Shown here: positions 30,079 through 38,164 of the stretch, piece after piece
How the letters are laid out: the number at the start of each line of letters is the position of its first letter
How positions within the stretch are numbered: the stretch's first letter is position 1
Assembly (NCBI GenBank): GCA_046295215.1
Contig: JBKBNP010000012.1
Location: forward strand, 15,410-79,409
DNA from: Pseudorhodobacter sp.
GTDB lineage: Bacteria; Pseudomonadota; Alphaproteobacteria; Rhodobacterales; Rhodobacteraceae
DNA length: 64,000 bases
Direction: 5' to 3'
Notes under the pieces: model-generated
Seen by the model: only the letters and a program-made list of their open reading frames with translations
What the model was told of the DNA's origin: nothing
The model's database searches: none
Made by a program: the position numbers and the translations under genes

Positions 30079-31263
30079 ATGAAAAAACTGCTTGCCGCTA
30101 CCGCCGCGACCGCACTGTTCGCCGGGGCCGCCATGGCCGAGGATGTCAAGATCGGCATCATTCTGGGCTTCACCGGCCCGCTCGAATCAATCACGCCCGG
30201 CATGGCTGCCGGTGCGGAACTCGCGATGAAGGAAGTCACCGAGTCCGGCAAGTTCATGGGCGGCGCTGCGGTCGTTCCGGTGCGCGCCGACAGCACCTGC
30301 GTTGACGCCGCTGCCGCCACCGCCGCTGCGGAACGCCTCATCACCTCCGAAGGGGTGAAGGGCATCATGGGGGCCGATTGTTCCGGCGTGACCGGCGCGA
30401 TCCTCCAGAATGTCGCGCGCCCGAACGGGATGGGGATGATCTCGCCCTCCGCAACCTCGCCCGGCCTGTCCACCGCCGAGGATGACGGGCTGTTCTTCCG
30501 CACCGCCCCCTCCGATGCGCGTCAGGGCGTCGTGATGACCGAAATCATCATGGAAAAGGGCATCAAGACCGTCGCGCTGACCTATACCAACAACGACTAT
30601 GGCAAGGGTCTGGCCGACAGCTTCCAGGCCGCGTTCGAGGCGGCGGGCGGCAAGGTCACCATCTCTGCCGCGCATGAGGACAACAAGGCCGACTATTCGG
30701 CCGAGGTCGGTGCGCTGGCGGCCGCCGGTGGCGAGGTTCTGGTGGTTGCAGGCTATACGGACAAGGGCGGCAAGGGGATCATCCAGGCATCGCTCGACTC
30801 GGGTGCGTTCGACACCTTCGTTCTGCCCGACGGCATGGTGGGGCAGCAACTCGTGGATGACTTCGGTGCGGGCCTGACCGGCAGCTTCGGCCAGTATCCG
30901 GGCACCGACAGCGAAGGCGCGGAGATCTTCCAGGCCATGGCGACGGCGGCGGGCTTCGACGGCACGGGGGCTTTCGCGCCCGAAAGCTATGACGCGGCGG
31001 CGCTCATCATGCTGGCCATGGCGGCGGCGGGTTCGACCGACAGCAAGGACTGGACCGGCAAGGTGATGGACCTGGCCAATGCGCCGGGCGAGCTGATCCT
31101 GCCGGGCGAGTTGGGCAAGGCGCTCGACCTGATCGCGCAGGGCGTCGAGATCGATTATGTCGGGGCGACGGCGGTGGAACTGATCGGACCGGGCGAAAGC
31201 GCCGGCAACTACCGCGAGATCGAGATCAAGGACGGCAAGATCGAAACGGTCCGCTTCCGTTGA
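30079..31263 (+). CDS. ABC transporter substrate-binding protein (Leu/Ile/Val-binding family)
   Basis: ATG at 30079 after GGGAGAG. Signal peptide MKKLLAATAATALFAGAAMA. Type-1 periplasmic-binding fold sequence (VKIGIILGFTGPLE..). Confidence 0.8.
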   Translation: MKKLLAATAATALFAGAAMAEDVKIGIILGFTGPLESITPGMAAGAELAMKEVTESGKFMGGAAVVPVRADSTCVDAAAATAAAERLITSEGVKGIMGADCSGVTGAILQNVARPNGMGMISPSATSPGLSTAEDDGLFFRTAPSDARQGVVMTEIIMEKGIKTVALTYTNNDYGKGLADSFQAAFEAAGGKVTISAAHEDNKADYSAEVGALAAAGGEVLVVAGYTDKGGKGIIQASLDSGAFDTFVLPDGMVGQQLVDDFGAGLTGSFGQYPGTDSEGAEIFQAMATAAGFDGTGAFAPESYDAAALIMLAMAAAGSTDSKDWTGKVMDLANAPGELILPGELGKALDLIAQGVEIDYVGATAVELIGPGESAGNYREIEIKDGKIETVRFR

Positions 31264-31287
31264 TCGCAGCCTGAAACCAGACTGGGG

Positions 31288-31318
31288 ACGGCCCGGGGTG
31301 TGATGCGCTCCGGGCCGT
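31288..31318 (+). terminator. 9-bp GC hairpin after the binding-protein gene (possible partial terminator or mRNA stabiliser)
   Basis: ACGGCCCGG-N13-CCGGGCCGT with no U-tract. Position after the SBP gene is typical of differential-expression hairpins in ABC operons. Confidence 0.35.
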
Positions 31319-31386
31319 TGCCACAACAAAAGCTTCGGCGGCGGCCCCGGGACGGGCCGGAATGACCGGAAGCGACAGGGGAGTTG

Positions 31387-32184
31387 ATGGGGATGATCGT
31401 CGTTGACGAGCTTCACAAGCATTTTGGCGGGTTTCACGCGGTGGACGGGGCTTCGCTCACCATCGCGGAGCGGTCGATCACCGGGCTGATCGGACCAAAC
31501 GGGGCGGGCAAGACCACGCTGTTCAACGTGATCGCGGGTCGACTGAAACCGACCTCGGGGCGGGTTCTGATGGCGGGGGAGGAGATCACCGGCCTGCCGC
31601 CGCATGAACTGTTCCACAAGGGATTGTTGCGCACCTTCCAGATCGCGCATGAATTCGGCTCGATGACCTGTCTGGAAAACCTGATGACGGTTCCCGGCGC
31701 GCAGATGGGCGAGGTGCTATGGAACGCCTGGTTCCGGCGTGCGGCCGTTCGAGAGGAAGAGGAACGGCTGCGCGCCAAGGCGCAGGAGGTGCTGAAATTC
31801 CTCACCATCGACCATCTGGCCGAGCAGAAGGCGAGCCAGATTTCCGGCGGGCAGAAGAAGCTTCTGGAACTGGGACGCACGATGATGGTGGACGCGAGGA
31901 TCGTGTTTCTGGACGAGGTCGGGGCAGGGGTGAACCGCACGCTTCTGAACACCATCGGGGATGCCATCGTGCGGCTGAACGAGGAGCGGGGATACACTTT
32001 CTGTGTGATCGAGCATGACATGGATTTCATCGGGCGGCTCTGCAATCCGGTGATCTGCATGGCGGAAGGCAAGGTTCTGGCCGAGGGCACGGTCGAGGAA
32101 GTCAAGAATGACGAGCGCGTGATCGAGGCCTATCTGGGCACCGGATTGAAGAACAAGGTGAAGGGAGAGGCTGCCCATGCGTGA
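31387..32184 (+). CDS. branched-chain-type amino-acid ABC transporter ATP-binding protein (LivG-like)
   Basis: Walker A GPNGAGKTT, signature ISGGQKKLLELGR, Walker B VFLDEV. ATG at 31393 has better spacing from GGGGAG and may be the true start. Confidence 0.85.
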   Translation: MGMIVVDELHKHFGGFHAVDGASLTIAERSITGLIGPNGAGKTTLFNVIAGRLKPTSGRVLMAGEEITGLPPHELFHKGLLRTFQIAHEFGSMTCLENLMTVPGAQMGEVLWNAWFRRAAVREEEERLRAKAQEVLKFLTIDHLAEQKASQISGGQKKLLELGRTMMVDARIVFLDEVGAGVNRTLLNTIGDAIVRLNEERGYTFCVIEHDMDFIGRLCNPVICMAEGKVLAEGTVEEVKNDERVIEAYLGTGLKNKVKGEAAHA

Positions 32185-32206
32185 TCGTTGCGAGCGGTGG
32201 CGGACG

Positions 32207-32260
32207 CCGGGGGCTGTCTGCCCCCGGACCCCCGAGGATATTTCCGGACAGAAAAAGGGA
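32207..32260 (+). repeat. REP-like bipartite element, copy B (intra-operonic)
   Basis: Hairpin CCGGGGGC-TGTCT-GCCCCCGG plus tail ACCCCCGAGGATATTTCCGGACAGAAAAAGGG. Fills the gap between the livG-like stop and the livF-like start. Confidence 0.8.
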
Positions 32261-32267
32261 CGGGCGC

Positions 32268-32981
32268 ATGGCTGAACCCTTTCTGATTGGCGAGGCGATG
32301 ACGGGCGGCTATGGCGGCGGGGCGGACATTCTGCATGGCTGCACCATCGCGGTGGAAAAGGGCGAGATCGCGGTGATCGTCGGGCCCAACGGGGCAGGCA
32401 AGTCCACGGCGATGAAGGCCGTGTTCGGCATGCTGAACCTGCGGGCGGGGCAGGTGCGGCTTGACGGGGCGGACATTACTGCCCTTTCGCCGCAGGACCG
32501 GGTTGCGAAAGGCATGGCCTTCGTGCCGCAGACCTCCAACATCTTCACTTCGATGACGGTAGAGGAGAACCTCGAAATGGGGGCATTCCTGCGGCGCGAC
32601 GATATTTCGGGGACGATGGCGCAGGTGTTCGACCTGTTTCCCATCCTGAAGGACAAGCGGCGTCAGCCGGCCGGAGAGCTGTCGGGCGGGCAGCGCCAAC
32701 AGGTCGCCGTGGGGCGCGCGTTGATGACGCAGCCGAAGGTGTTGATGCTGGACGAACCCACCGCCGGGGTTTCCCCGATCGTTATGGACGAGTTGTTCGA
32801 CCGCATCATCGAGGTGGCGCGCACCGGCATTTCCATCCTGATGGTGGAGCAGAATGCGCGACAGGCGCTGGAGATTGCCGACAAGGGCTATGTTCTGGTG
32901 CAGGGGGCCAACCGGTTCACCGATACCGGCAAGGCGTTGATGGCCGACCCCGAGGTTCGCCGCAGTTTTCTGGGAGGATGA
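32268..32981 (+). CDS. branched-chain-type amino-acid ABC transporter ATP-binding protein (LivF-like)
   Basis: ATG at 32268 in ORF 32181..32981. Walker A GPNGAGKST, signature LSGGQRQQVAVGR, Walker B LMLDEP. Confidence 0.85.
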   Translation: MAEPFLIGEAMTGGYGGGADILHGCTIAVEKGEIAVIVGPNGAGKSTAMKAVFGMLNLRAGQVRLDGADITALSPQDRVAKGMAFVPQTSNIFTSMTVEENLEMGAFLRRDDISGTMAQVFDLFPILKDKRRQPAGELSGGQRQQVAVGRALMTQPKVLMLDEPTAGVSPIVMDELFDRIIEVARTGISILMVEQNARQALEIADKGYVLVQGANRFTDTGKALMADPEVRRSFLGG

Positions 32982-32982
32982 T

Positions 32983-33156
32983 ATGTGGACATGCGCTCTG
33001 GTCATGGCAGCGTCGCTTGCCCTTGTGCCCGGCATCGCTGCGGCAGGACTGACCTGTAATCTCGACCGGCGCTGTGTGGTCGGCGAGGCAGCATGGAGCT
33101 GGCCGACGGATGGCAGGCTCGTCGGCCATCTCCTCAACCGCAAAGGGGCGTTCTGA
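32983..33156 (+). CDS. hypothetical 57-aa protein with signal-peptide-like N-terminus
   Basis: Not in the ORF track (under 60 aa). ATG lies 1 nt after the livF-like stop and is preceded by GGGAGGA. Its TGA overlaps the livH-like ATG (TGATG). Translation: MWTCALVMAASLALVPGIAAAGLTCNLDRRCVVGEAAWSWPTDGRLVGHLLNRKGAF. GC3 is about 72% by hand count. Confidence 0.35.
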   Translation: MWTCALVMAASLALVPGIAAAGLTCNLDRRCVVGEAAWSWPTDGRLVGHLLNRKGAF

Positions 33157-34166
33157 TGGACATTCTGAACGGCCTGGTCACCTTTCTGAACTTCGTGTTC
33201 ATCCCGGGGGCAGCCTATGGCGCACAACTGGCGCTGGGGGCACTGGGCGTGACGCTGATCTATGGCATCCTGCGGTTTTCCAATTTCGCCCATGGCGACA
33301 CAATGGCGCTTGGCACCACCGTTGCGATCCTGATGACCTGGGGGTTGCAGGCTTTGGGCGTGGGCTTCGGGCCTCTGCCGACGGCACTTCTCGCCTTGCC
33401 CTTTGCGATCGCCGTCACGGCGCTGTTCGTTCTGGGCACGGATCGGGCGGTCTACCGCTTCTACCGGGCGCGCAAGGCCAGCCCTTCGACGCTTGTGATC
33501 GTCTCACTGGGCGTGATGTTCGTGATGAACGGCATCACGCGCTTCATCATCGGGGTTCAGGATCAGAATTTCGCCGATGGCGAGCGGTTCGTGATCACCG
33601 CGCGGGGCTTCCGCGAGGCGACGGGGCTGGCCGAGGGGCTGGCGATCCGCACCACCCAGGTGGTGACGATGGCGGTCGCGGTGATTGCGGTCGCGCTTCT
33701 GTTCTGGTTCCTCAACCGCACCCGCACCGGAAAATCCATGCGCGCCTATTCCGACAATGAGGATCTGGCCCTTCTGTCGGGCATCAGTCCCGAACGTGTG
33801 GTCGCGGTGACCTGGATCATCACGGCGGCTCTGGCGACCACGGCGGGGGTGCTTTACGGGCTGGACAAGTCCTTCAACCCCTTCACCTATTTCCAGCTTC
33901 TGCTGCCGATCTTCGCCTCTGCCATCGTGGGGGGGCTGGGCAATCCGCTGGGGGCCATCGTGGGGGGCTTCGTCATCGCGTTTTCCGAGGTGACGGTGAC
34001 CTATGCCTGGAAGAAGGTGGTGACCTACCTGCTGCCGGATAGCATGGCGCCGGACAGCCTGGTGCAACTGCTGTCCACCGATTACAAATTCGCGGTCAGC
34101 TTTGCCATTCTTATCATCGTGCTGCTGTTCATGCCCACGGGCCTGTTCAAGGGGAAATCGGTATGA
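33156..34166 (+). CDS. branched-chain-type amino-acid ABC permease (LivH-like)
   Basis: ATG at 33156 in ORF 33093..34166. The N-terminus MDILNGLV...GILRFSNFAHGD matches the LivH-type INFAHG motif. Multi-TM. Confidence 0.85.
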   Translation: MDILNGLVTFLNFVFIPGAAYGAQLALGALGVTLIYGILRFSNFAHGDTMALGTTVAILMTWGLQALGVGFGPLPTALLALPFAIAVTALFVLGTDRAVYRFYRARKASPSTLVIVSLGVMFVMNGITRFIIGVQDQNFADGERFVITARGFREATGLAEGLAIRTTQVVTMAVAVIAVALLFWFLNRTRTGKSMRAYSDNEDLALLSGISPERVVAVTWIITAALATTAGVLYGLDKSFNPFTYFQLLLPIFASAIVGGLGNPLGAIVGGFVIAFSEVTVTYAWKKVVTYLLPDSMAPDSLVQLLSTDYKFAVSFAILIIVLLFMPTGLFKGKSV

Positions 34167-35461
34167 ACCCGCGCAACATCCTTCTGTTCGGCCTGGTCGG
34201 ACTCTTGTTCGTCGCGACCGGGTTCCTGCAAAGCTGGAACCTGTCGCTGTCGATCCTCCAGATGGCGCTCGTCTCGGCAATCATGGCGCTGGGGGTGAAC
34301 ATCCAGTGGGGCTATGCGGGGCTCTTCAACGTGGGTGTCATGGGCTTTGCGGCGCTTGGCGGGCTGGCCGTGGTCCTGACGGCCAGCCCACCCGTGCCGG
34401 AAGGGTGGCGGGCCGGGGGGCCGGGCATCGTGCTGGCGTTGGTGCTGGGGGCGGCCACGGTGGCGGCCGCCGTGCAGATCTACAAACGCATGGCGCGCGG
34501 GCGGACGCGGACGGTCGCGATGCTGGCCGTCCTGATCGGTGGGTTTTTCCTCTACCGCTCGGTGCTTGATCCCAATGTTGCGGCGGTGGAGGCGGTCAAC
34601 CCCTCCTTTGCGGGCAATCTTGGCGGGCTCGGGCTGCCTGTCTTGCTGGCCTGGCCGGCGGGTGGGTTGCTGGCCGCCGGGGCCGCATGGGTGATCGGCA
34701 AGACGGCCCTTGGCCTGCGCTCGGATTACCTTGCCATCGCGACACTCGGCATTGCGGAAATCATCATCGCTGTGATGAAGAACGAGGACTGGCTGGCGCG
34801 CGGCGTCAAGAACGTGATCGGCCTGCCGCGCCCGGTGCCCTACGAGGTCGACCTGCAACGCGATCCGGGATTTCTGGCCACGGCGCAATCCTGGGGCTTC
34901 GATCCGGTCACCGGATCCTCCATTGTGGTCAAGCTGGCCTATTGCGGGTTGTTCCTTCTGGTTCTGCTGGCGGTCGTCTGGCTGTCGGAAAAGGCATTGC
35001 GCAGCCCCTGGGGCCGGATGATGCGCGCGATCCGCGACAACGAGGTTGCGGCCGAGGCGATGGGCAAGGATGTGACCCGGCGCCATCTGCAGATCTTCAT
35101 TCTCGGCTCGGCCGTGATCGGCATGGCGGGCGCGATGATGACCACGCTCGACGGGCAGTTGACGCCCGGCACCTATCAGCCGCTGCGATTCACCTTCCTG
35201 ATCTGGGTGATGGTGATCGTCGGCGGGTCGGGCAACAACTGGGGCGCGGTGCTGGGGGGCTTTCTGATCTGGTGGCTCTGGGTCATGGTCGAACCGCTCG
35301 GCCTTGGCTTCATGGGCGCGATCACGGCCGGAATGGCGGACGGGTCCTGGCTCAAGGGGCACCTGCAGGATGCCGCCGCCCATATGCGGCTGCTGACCAT
35401 GGGGGTGATCCTGCTTCTGGTGCTGCGGTTCAGCCCGAGGGGGCTTATCCCCGAAAAATGA
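34163..35461 (+). CDS. branched-chain-type amino-acid ABC permease (LivM-like)
   Basis: 432 aa, multi-TM. 4-nt overlap with the livH-like gene. Confidence 0.8.
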   Translation: MNPRNILLFGLVGLLFVATGFLQSWNLSLSILQMALVSAIMALGVNIQWGYAGLFNVGVMGFAALGGLAVVLTASPPVPEGWRAGGPGIVLALVLGAATVAAAVQIYKRMARGRTRTVAMLAVLIGGFFLYRSVLDPNVAAVEAVNPSFAGNLGGLGLPVLLAWPAGGLLAAGAAWVIGKTALGLRSDYLAIATLGIAEIIIAVMKNEDWLARGVKNVIGLPRPVPYEVDLQRDPGFLATAQSWGFDPVTGSSIVVKLAYCGLFLLVLLAVVWLSEKALRSPWGRMMRAIRDNEVAAEAMGKDVTRRHLQIFILGSAVIGMAGAMMTTLDGQLTPGTYQPLRFTFLIWVMVIVGGSGNNWGAVLGGFLIWWLWVMVEPLGLGFMGAITAGMADGSWLKGHLQDAAAHMRLLTMGVILLLVLRFSPRGLIPEK

Positions 35462-35477
35462 CCAAAAGGGAGTGTTT

Positions 35478-35530
35478 TCCCTTTTCATCTTGGCCGAAAT
35501 ACCTCGGGGGTGCGGGGGCTGGCCCCCGCA
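35478..35530 (-). repeat. REP-like bipartite element, copy C (inverted orientation)
   Basis: The reverse complement reads GCGGGGGCCAGCCCCCGC-ACCCCCGAGGTATTTCGGCCAAGATGAAAAGGG. The hairpin is identical to that of copy E. Lies between convergent livM-like and ocd. Confidence 0.85.
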
Positions 35531-35542
35531 GGGCTTGTGTGC

Positions 35543-36574
35543 TCACGCCGCGCGCAGGATCATGCCGTAAAGGTCGCGCGGATCATCGGGGTCCGCGATC
35601 ATGTCCAGATGGTCGCAGAACCCGGTCTCTGCCAGCTTCGAATGGACATAGCGCAGCGCCGCGAAATCCTCGATGGCGAAACCGACGGAATCGAACAGCG
35701 TCACCTCATCCGCCGATTGCCGTCCCGCCGCCTGACCCGCAATGACCTGCCACAGTTCCGTCACCGGATGGTCGGGGGCAAGCTGCTGGATCTCGCCCTC
35801 CACCCGGGTCTGGGGCGGGTATTCGACGAAAATGCGCGACCGCATCAGGATGTCGCGATGCAATTCGGTCTTGCCGGGGCAATCGCCGCCCACGCCATTC
35901 AGATGCACGCCGCTGCCCAGCATGTTGTCGGTCAGGATCGTGGCATGGTTCTTGTCGGCGGTGCAGGTGGTGACGATCTGCGCGCCCAGAATGGCCTCTT
36001 CCGCAGTCGCACAGCCCACCAGCCGCAGCCCTGATCCCGCGAGGTTCCTCAGGCATTTGGCGGTGGCGGCAGGGTCGATGTCGTAGAACCTCACCTCCTC
36101 CACCCCGCAGATCGCCTTGAAGGCCAGCGCCTGGAATTCGGCCTGCGCGCCATTGCCGATCATCGCCATCACGCGCGCATCCTTCGGCGCCAGCCATTTC
36201 GCCGCCATGGCACTGGTGGCCGCCGTGCGCAGCGCCGTCAGGATCGTCATTTCCGACAGCAGGAGCGGATAGCCGGTCGCCACATCCGCCAGCAGACCAA
36301 AGGCCGTGACCGTCTGCAGGCCGCGCTTCATGTTCGCCGGATGGCCGTTCACATATTTGAACCCATAGGTCTGCCCGTCCGAAGTCGGCATCAACTCGAT
36401 CACGCCCACATCGGAATGCGACGCGATGCGCGGCGTCTTGTCGAATTCCGGCCAGCGGCGGAAATCGGCCTCGATGCCGTCCGCCAGATCGCGCAGCACG
36501 GTTTCCACGCCCAGATGAAGCACCAGCTTCATCATGTTGTCCACGCTGACGAAAGGCACGAGGTTGAGGGTCAT
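35543..36574 (-). CDS. ocd: ornithine cyclodeaminase
   Basis: 343 aa of the mu-crystallin/OCD family (GFKYVNGHP, LTALRTAATSA, IGNGAQAEFQ). Immediately downstream of the arginase gene. Confidence 0.85.
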   Translation of the reverse strand: MTLNLVPFVSVDNMMKLVLHLGVETVLRDLADGIEADFRRWPEFDKTPRIASHSDVGVIELMPTSDGQTYGFKYVNGHPANMKRGLQTVTAFGLLADVATGYPLLLSEMTILTALRTAATSAMAAKWLAPKDARVMAMIGNGAQAEFQALAFKAICGVEEVRFYDIDPAATAKCLRNLAGSGLRLVGCATAEEAILGAQIVTTCTADKNHATILTDNMLGSGVHLNGVGGDCPGKTELHRDILMRSRIFVEYPPQTRVEGEIQQLAPDHPVTELWQVIAGQAAGRQSADEVTLFDSVGFAIEDFAALRYVHSKLAETGFCDHLDMIADPDDPRDLYGMILRAA

Positions 36575-36587
36575 GTCCGGCTCCGGT

Positions 36588-37511
36588 TCATTTGCTGCGC
36601 GTGGGGCGGTCGAACACCTTGCGACCCATCAAGGAGCCCACCAGGTCAACCATCAGTTTCGCGGTCATGCCGCGATCATCGAGAAAGGGGTTCAGCTCCA
36701 CGAGGTCCAGCGAGGTCACGAGACCGGATTCATGGAGCAATTCCATCACCAGATGCGCCTCGCGGAAGGTGGTGCCGCCCGGCACGGTGGTCCCCACGGC
36801 GGGCGCGATGGAGGGATCGAGGAAATCCACATCCAGACTGACATGCAGCATGCCACCCGCCGCGCGCACCTTGTCCAGAAAGGCGCGCAGGGGGGCCACG
36901 ATGCCCAACTCGTCCAGCACCCGCATGTCGGTGATCTCGATCTCATGGCCCAGAAGCGCCGCATGTTCCGCCGGATCGACAGAGCGGATGCCGTAAAGAC
37001 AGATCCGGTCGGCCGGGACCGGGGCGGGGAAGGGCGGAAATGCGTCAAACCCCGCGCGCCCCGCGATATAGGCAACGGGCGTGCCGTGCAGATTACCCGA
37101 TGTTGTCGACATCGGCGTATGAAAATCCGAATGGGCATCGAGCCACAGAACGAACAGCGGCCGCCCCACCGATGCCGCATGGTCCGCCGCCCCCGCGACC
37201 GACCCCAGCGCCAGCGAATGATCCCCGCCCATCACGATGGGAAAGCCGCGCGGCAGCGCCTCGGCCACCGCCCCGCGCAGCGCCGCTGTCCAGCCTAGAA
37301 CCTCGGGCAGGGAATGGACGGCCGGATTGGTGCAGGCGGCCTCCTCGACAGGCCGCATCGCCAGATCGCCCATGTCCTGCGCCGCATGGCCCAGATCGCG
37401 GATCGCCTGCGCCAGCCCGGCCACGCGATAGGCCGCAGGCCCCATCAGGCAACCGGCTCGGCGTTGGCCCGCGTCAATCGGCGCTCCGATCAGAATACAG
37501 GATTTCGGCAT
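36588..37511 (-). CDS. rocF: arginase
   Basis: Ureohydrolase signatures GGDHSLALGS, WLDAHSDFHT and SLDVDFLDP. Confidence 0.9.
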   Translation of the reverse strand: MPKSCILIGAPIDAGQRRAGCLMGPAAYRVAGLAQAIRDLGHAAQDMGDLAMRPVEEAACTNPAVHSLPEVLGWTAALRGAVAEALPRGFPIVMGGDHSLALGSVAGAADHAASVGRPLFVLWLDAHSDFHTPMSTTSGNLHGTPVAYIAGRAGFDAFPPFPAPVPADRICLYGIRSVDPAEHAALLGHEIEITDMRVLDELGIVAPLRAFLDKVRAAGGMLHVSLDVDFLDPSIAPAVGTTVPGGTTFREAHLVMELLHESGLVTSLDLVELNPFLDDRGMTAKLMVDLVGSLMGRKVFDRPTRSK

Positions 37512-37621
37512 GGGGGATCTCCTTTTCAGGGACAGAGGACTATCATTTCGTGGCGGGTTGAAGCATGATTATTGACATTGTGCAGGGCAGATTGCCCGAA
37601 ATGCAAAGGAAAATCGCCGGA

Positions 37622-38062
37622 ATGGACGATACCGACCAATCCTTGATTGCCGAACTCCGCCGCGACGGGCGGGCCTCGCTGTCGGATCTTGCCGCAAGGC
37701 TGGGGGTCAGCCGGGCCACAGTGCGCGCCCGGATGGAACGACTGCAGGTGCAGGGCGAGATTGCGGGCTATTCCGTCCTGACACGCGGCGATGTCAGCGC
37801 CTCCCCGGTGCGCGCGCTGATGATGATCGGGATCGAGGGGCGCGGCGCGGAACGCATCATGGCGCGGCTGACGGGAATCGCGGCGGTGCAGTCGGTGCAT
37901 TCCACCAATGGAAAATGGGATCTGATTGCGGAAATCGGCACCCAGAATCTGCTGGACCTCGATGAGGTGATCTTCCGCATCCGCAATATCGAAGGCGTCA
38001 CCACCTCGGAAACCAACCTTCTTCTGTCCACCCGCAAGCCCGGGCGTCGCCCGGTGGCGTGA
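37622..38062 (+). CDS. Lrp/AsnC-family transcriptional regulator
   Basis: MDDTDQSLIAELRRDGRASLSDLAARLGVSRATVRARMERL (HTH) plus a C-terminal RAM-like domain. Upstream in-frame starts at 37565 and 37601 are possible. Divergent from the arginase gene. Confidence 0.8.
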   Translation: MDDTDQSLIAELRRDGRASLSDLAARLGVSRATVRARMERLQVQGEIAGYSVLTRGDVSASPVRALMMIGIEGRGAERIMARLTGIAAVQSVHSTNGKWDLIAEIGTQNLLDLDEVIFRIRNIEGVTTSETNLLLSTRKPGRRPVA

Positions 38063-38092
38063 TGCGATCACCTGACCGCGAGGCATGCGGCC

Positions 38093-38126
38093 CCTTGGCG
38101 CATCCCCATTGGCCCCAAGGTCTTTT
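38093..38126 (+). terminator. possible terminator after the Lrp-family gene
   Basis: CCTTGG-N16-CCAAGG followed by TCTTTT. Confidence 0.35.
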
Positions 38127-38164
38127 CCGCGTAACTTGCGGGATCAGAAGGCAAGGGAGAGACC

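Noticed and set aside
33093-33155. Upstream start (MELADGWQ...) for the livH-like permease
   Set aside because: The N-terminal extension is hydrophilic, non-LivH-like and lacks an RBS. ATG 33156 yields the expected N-terminus, and the preceding small ORF is in a different frame with coupling signals.
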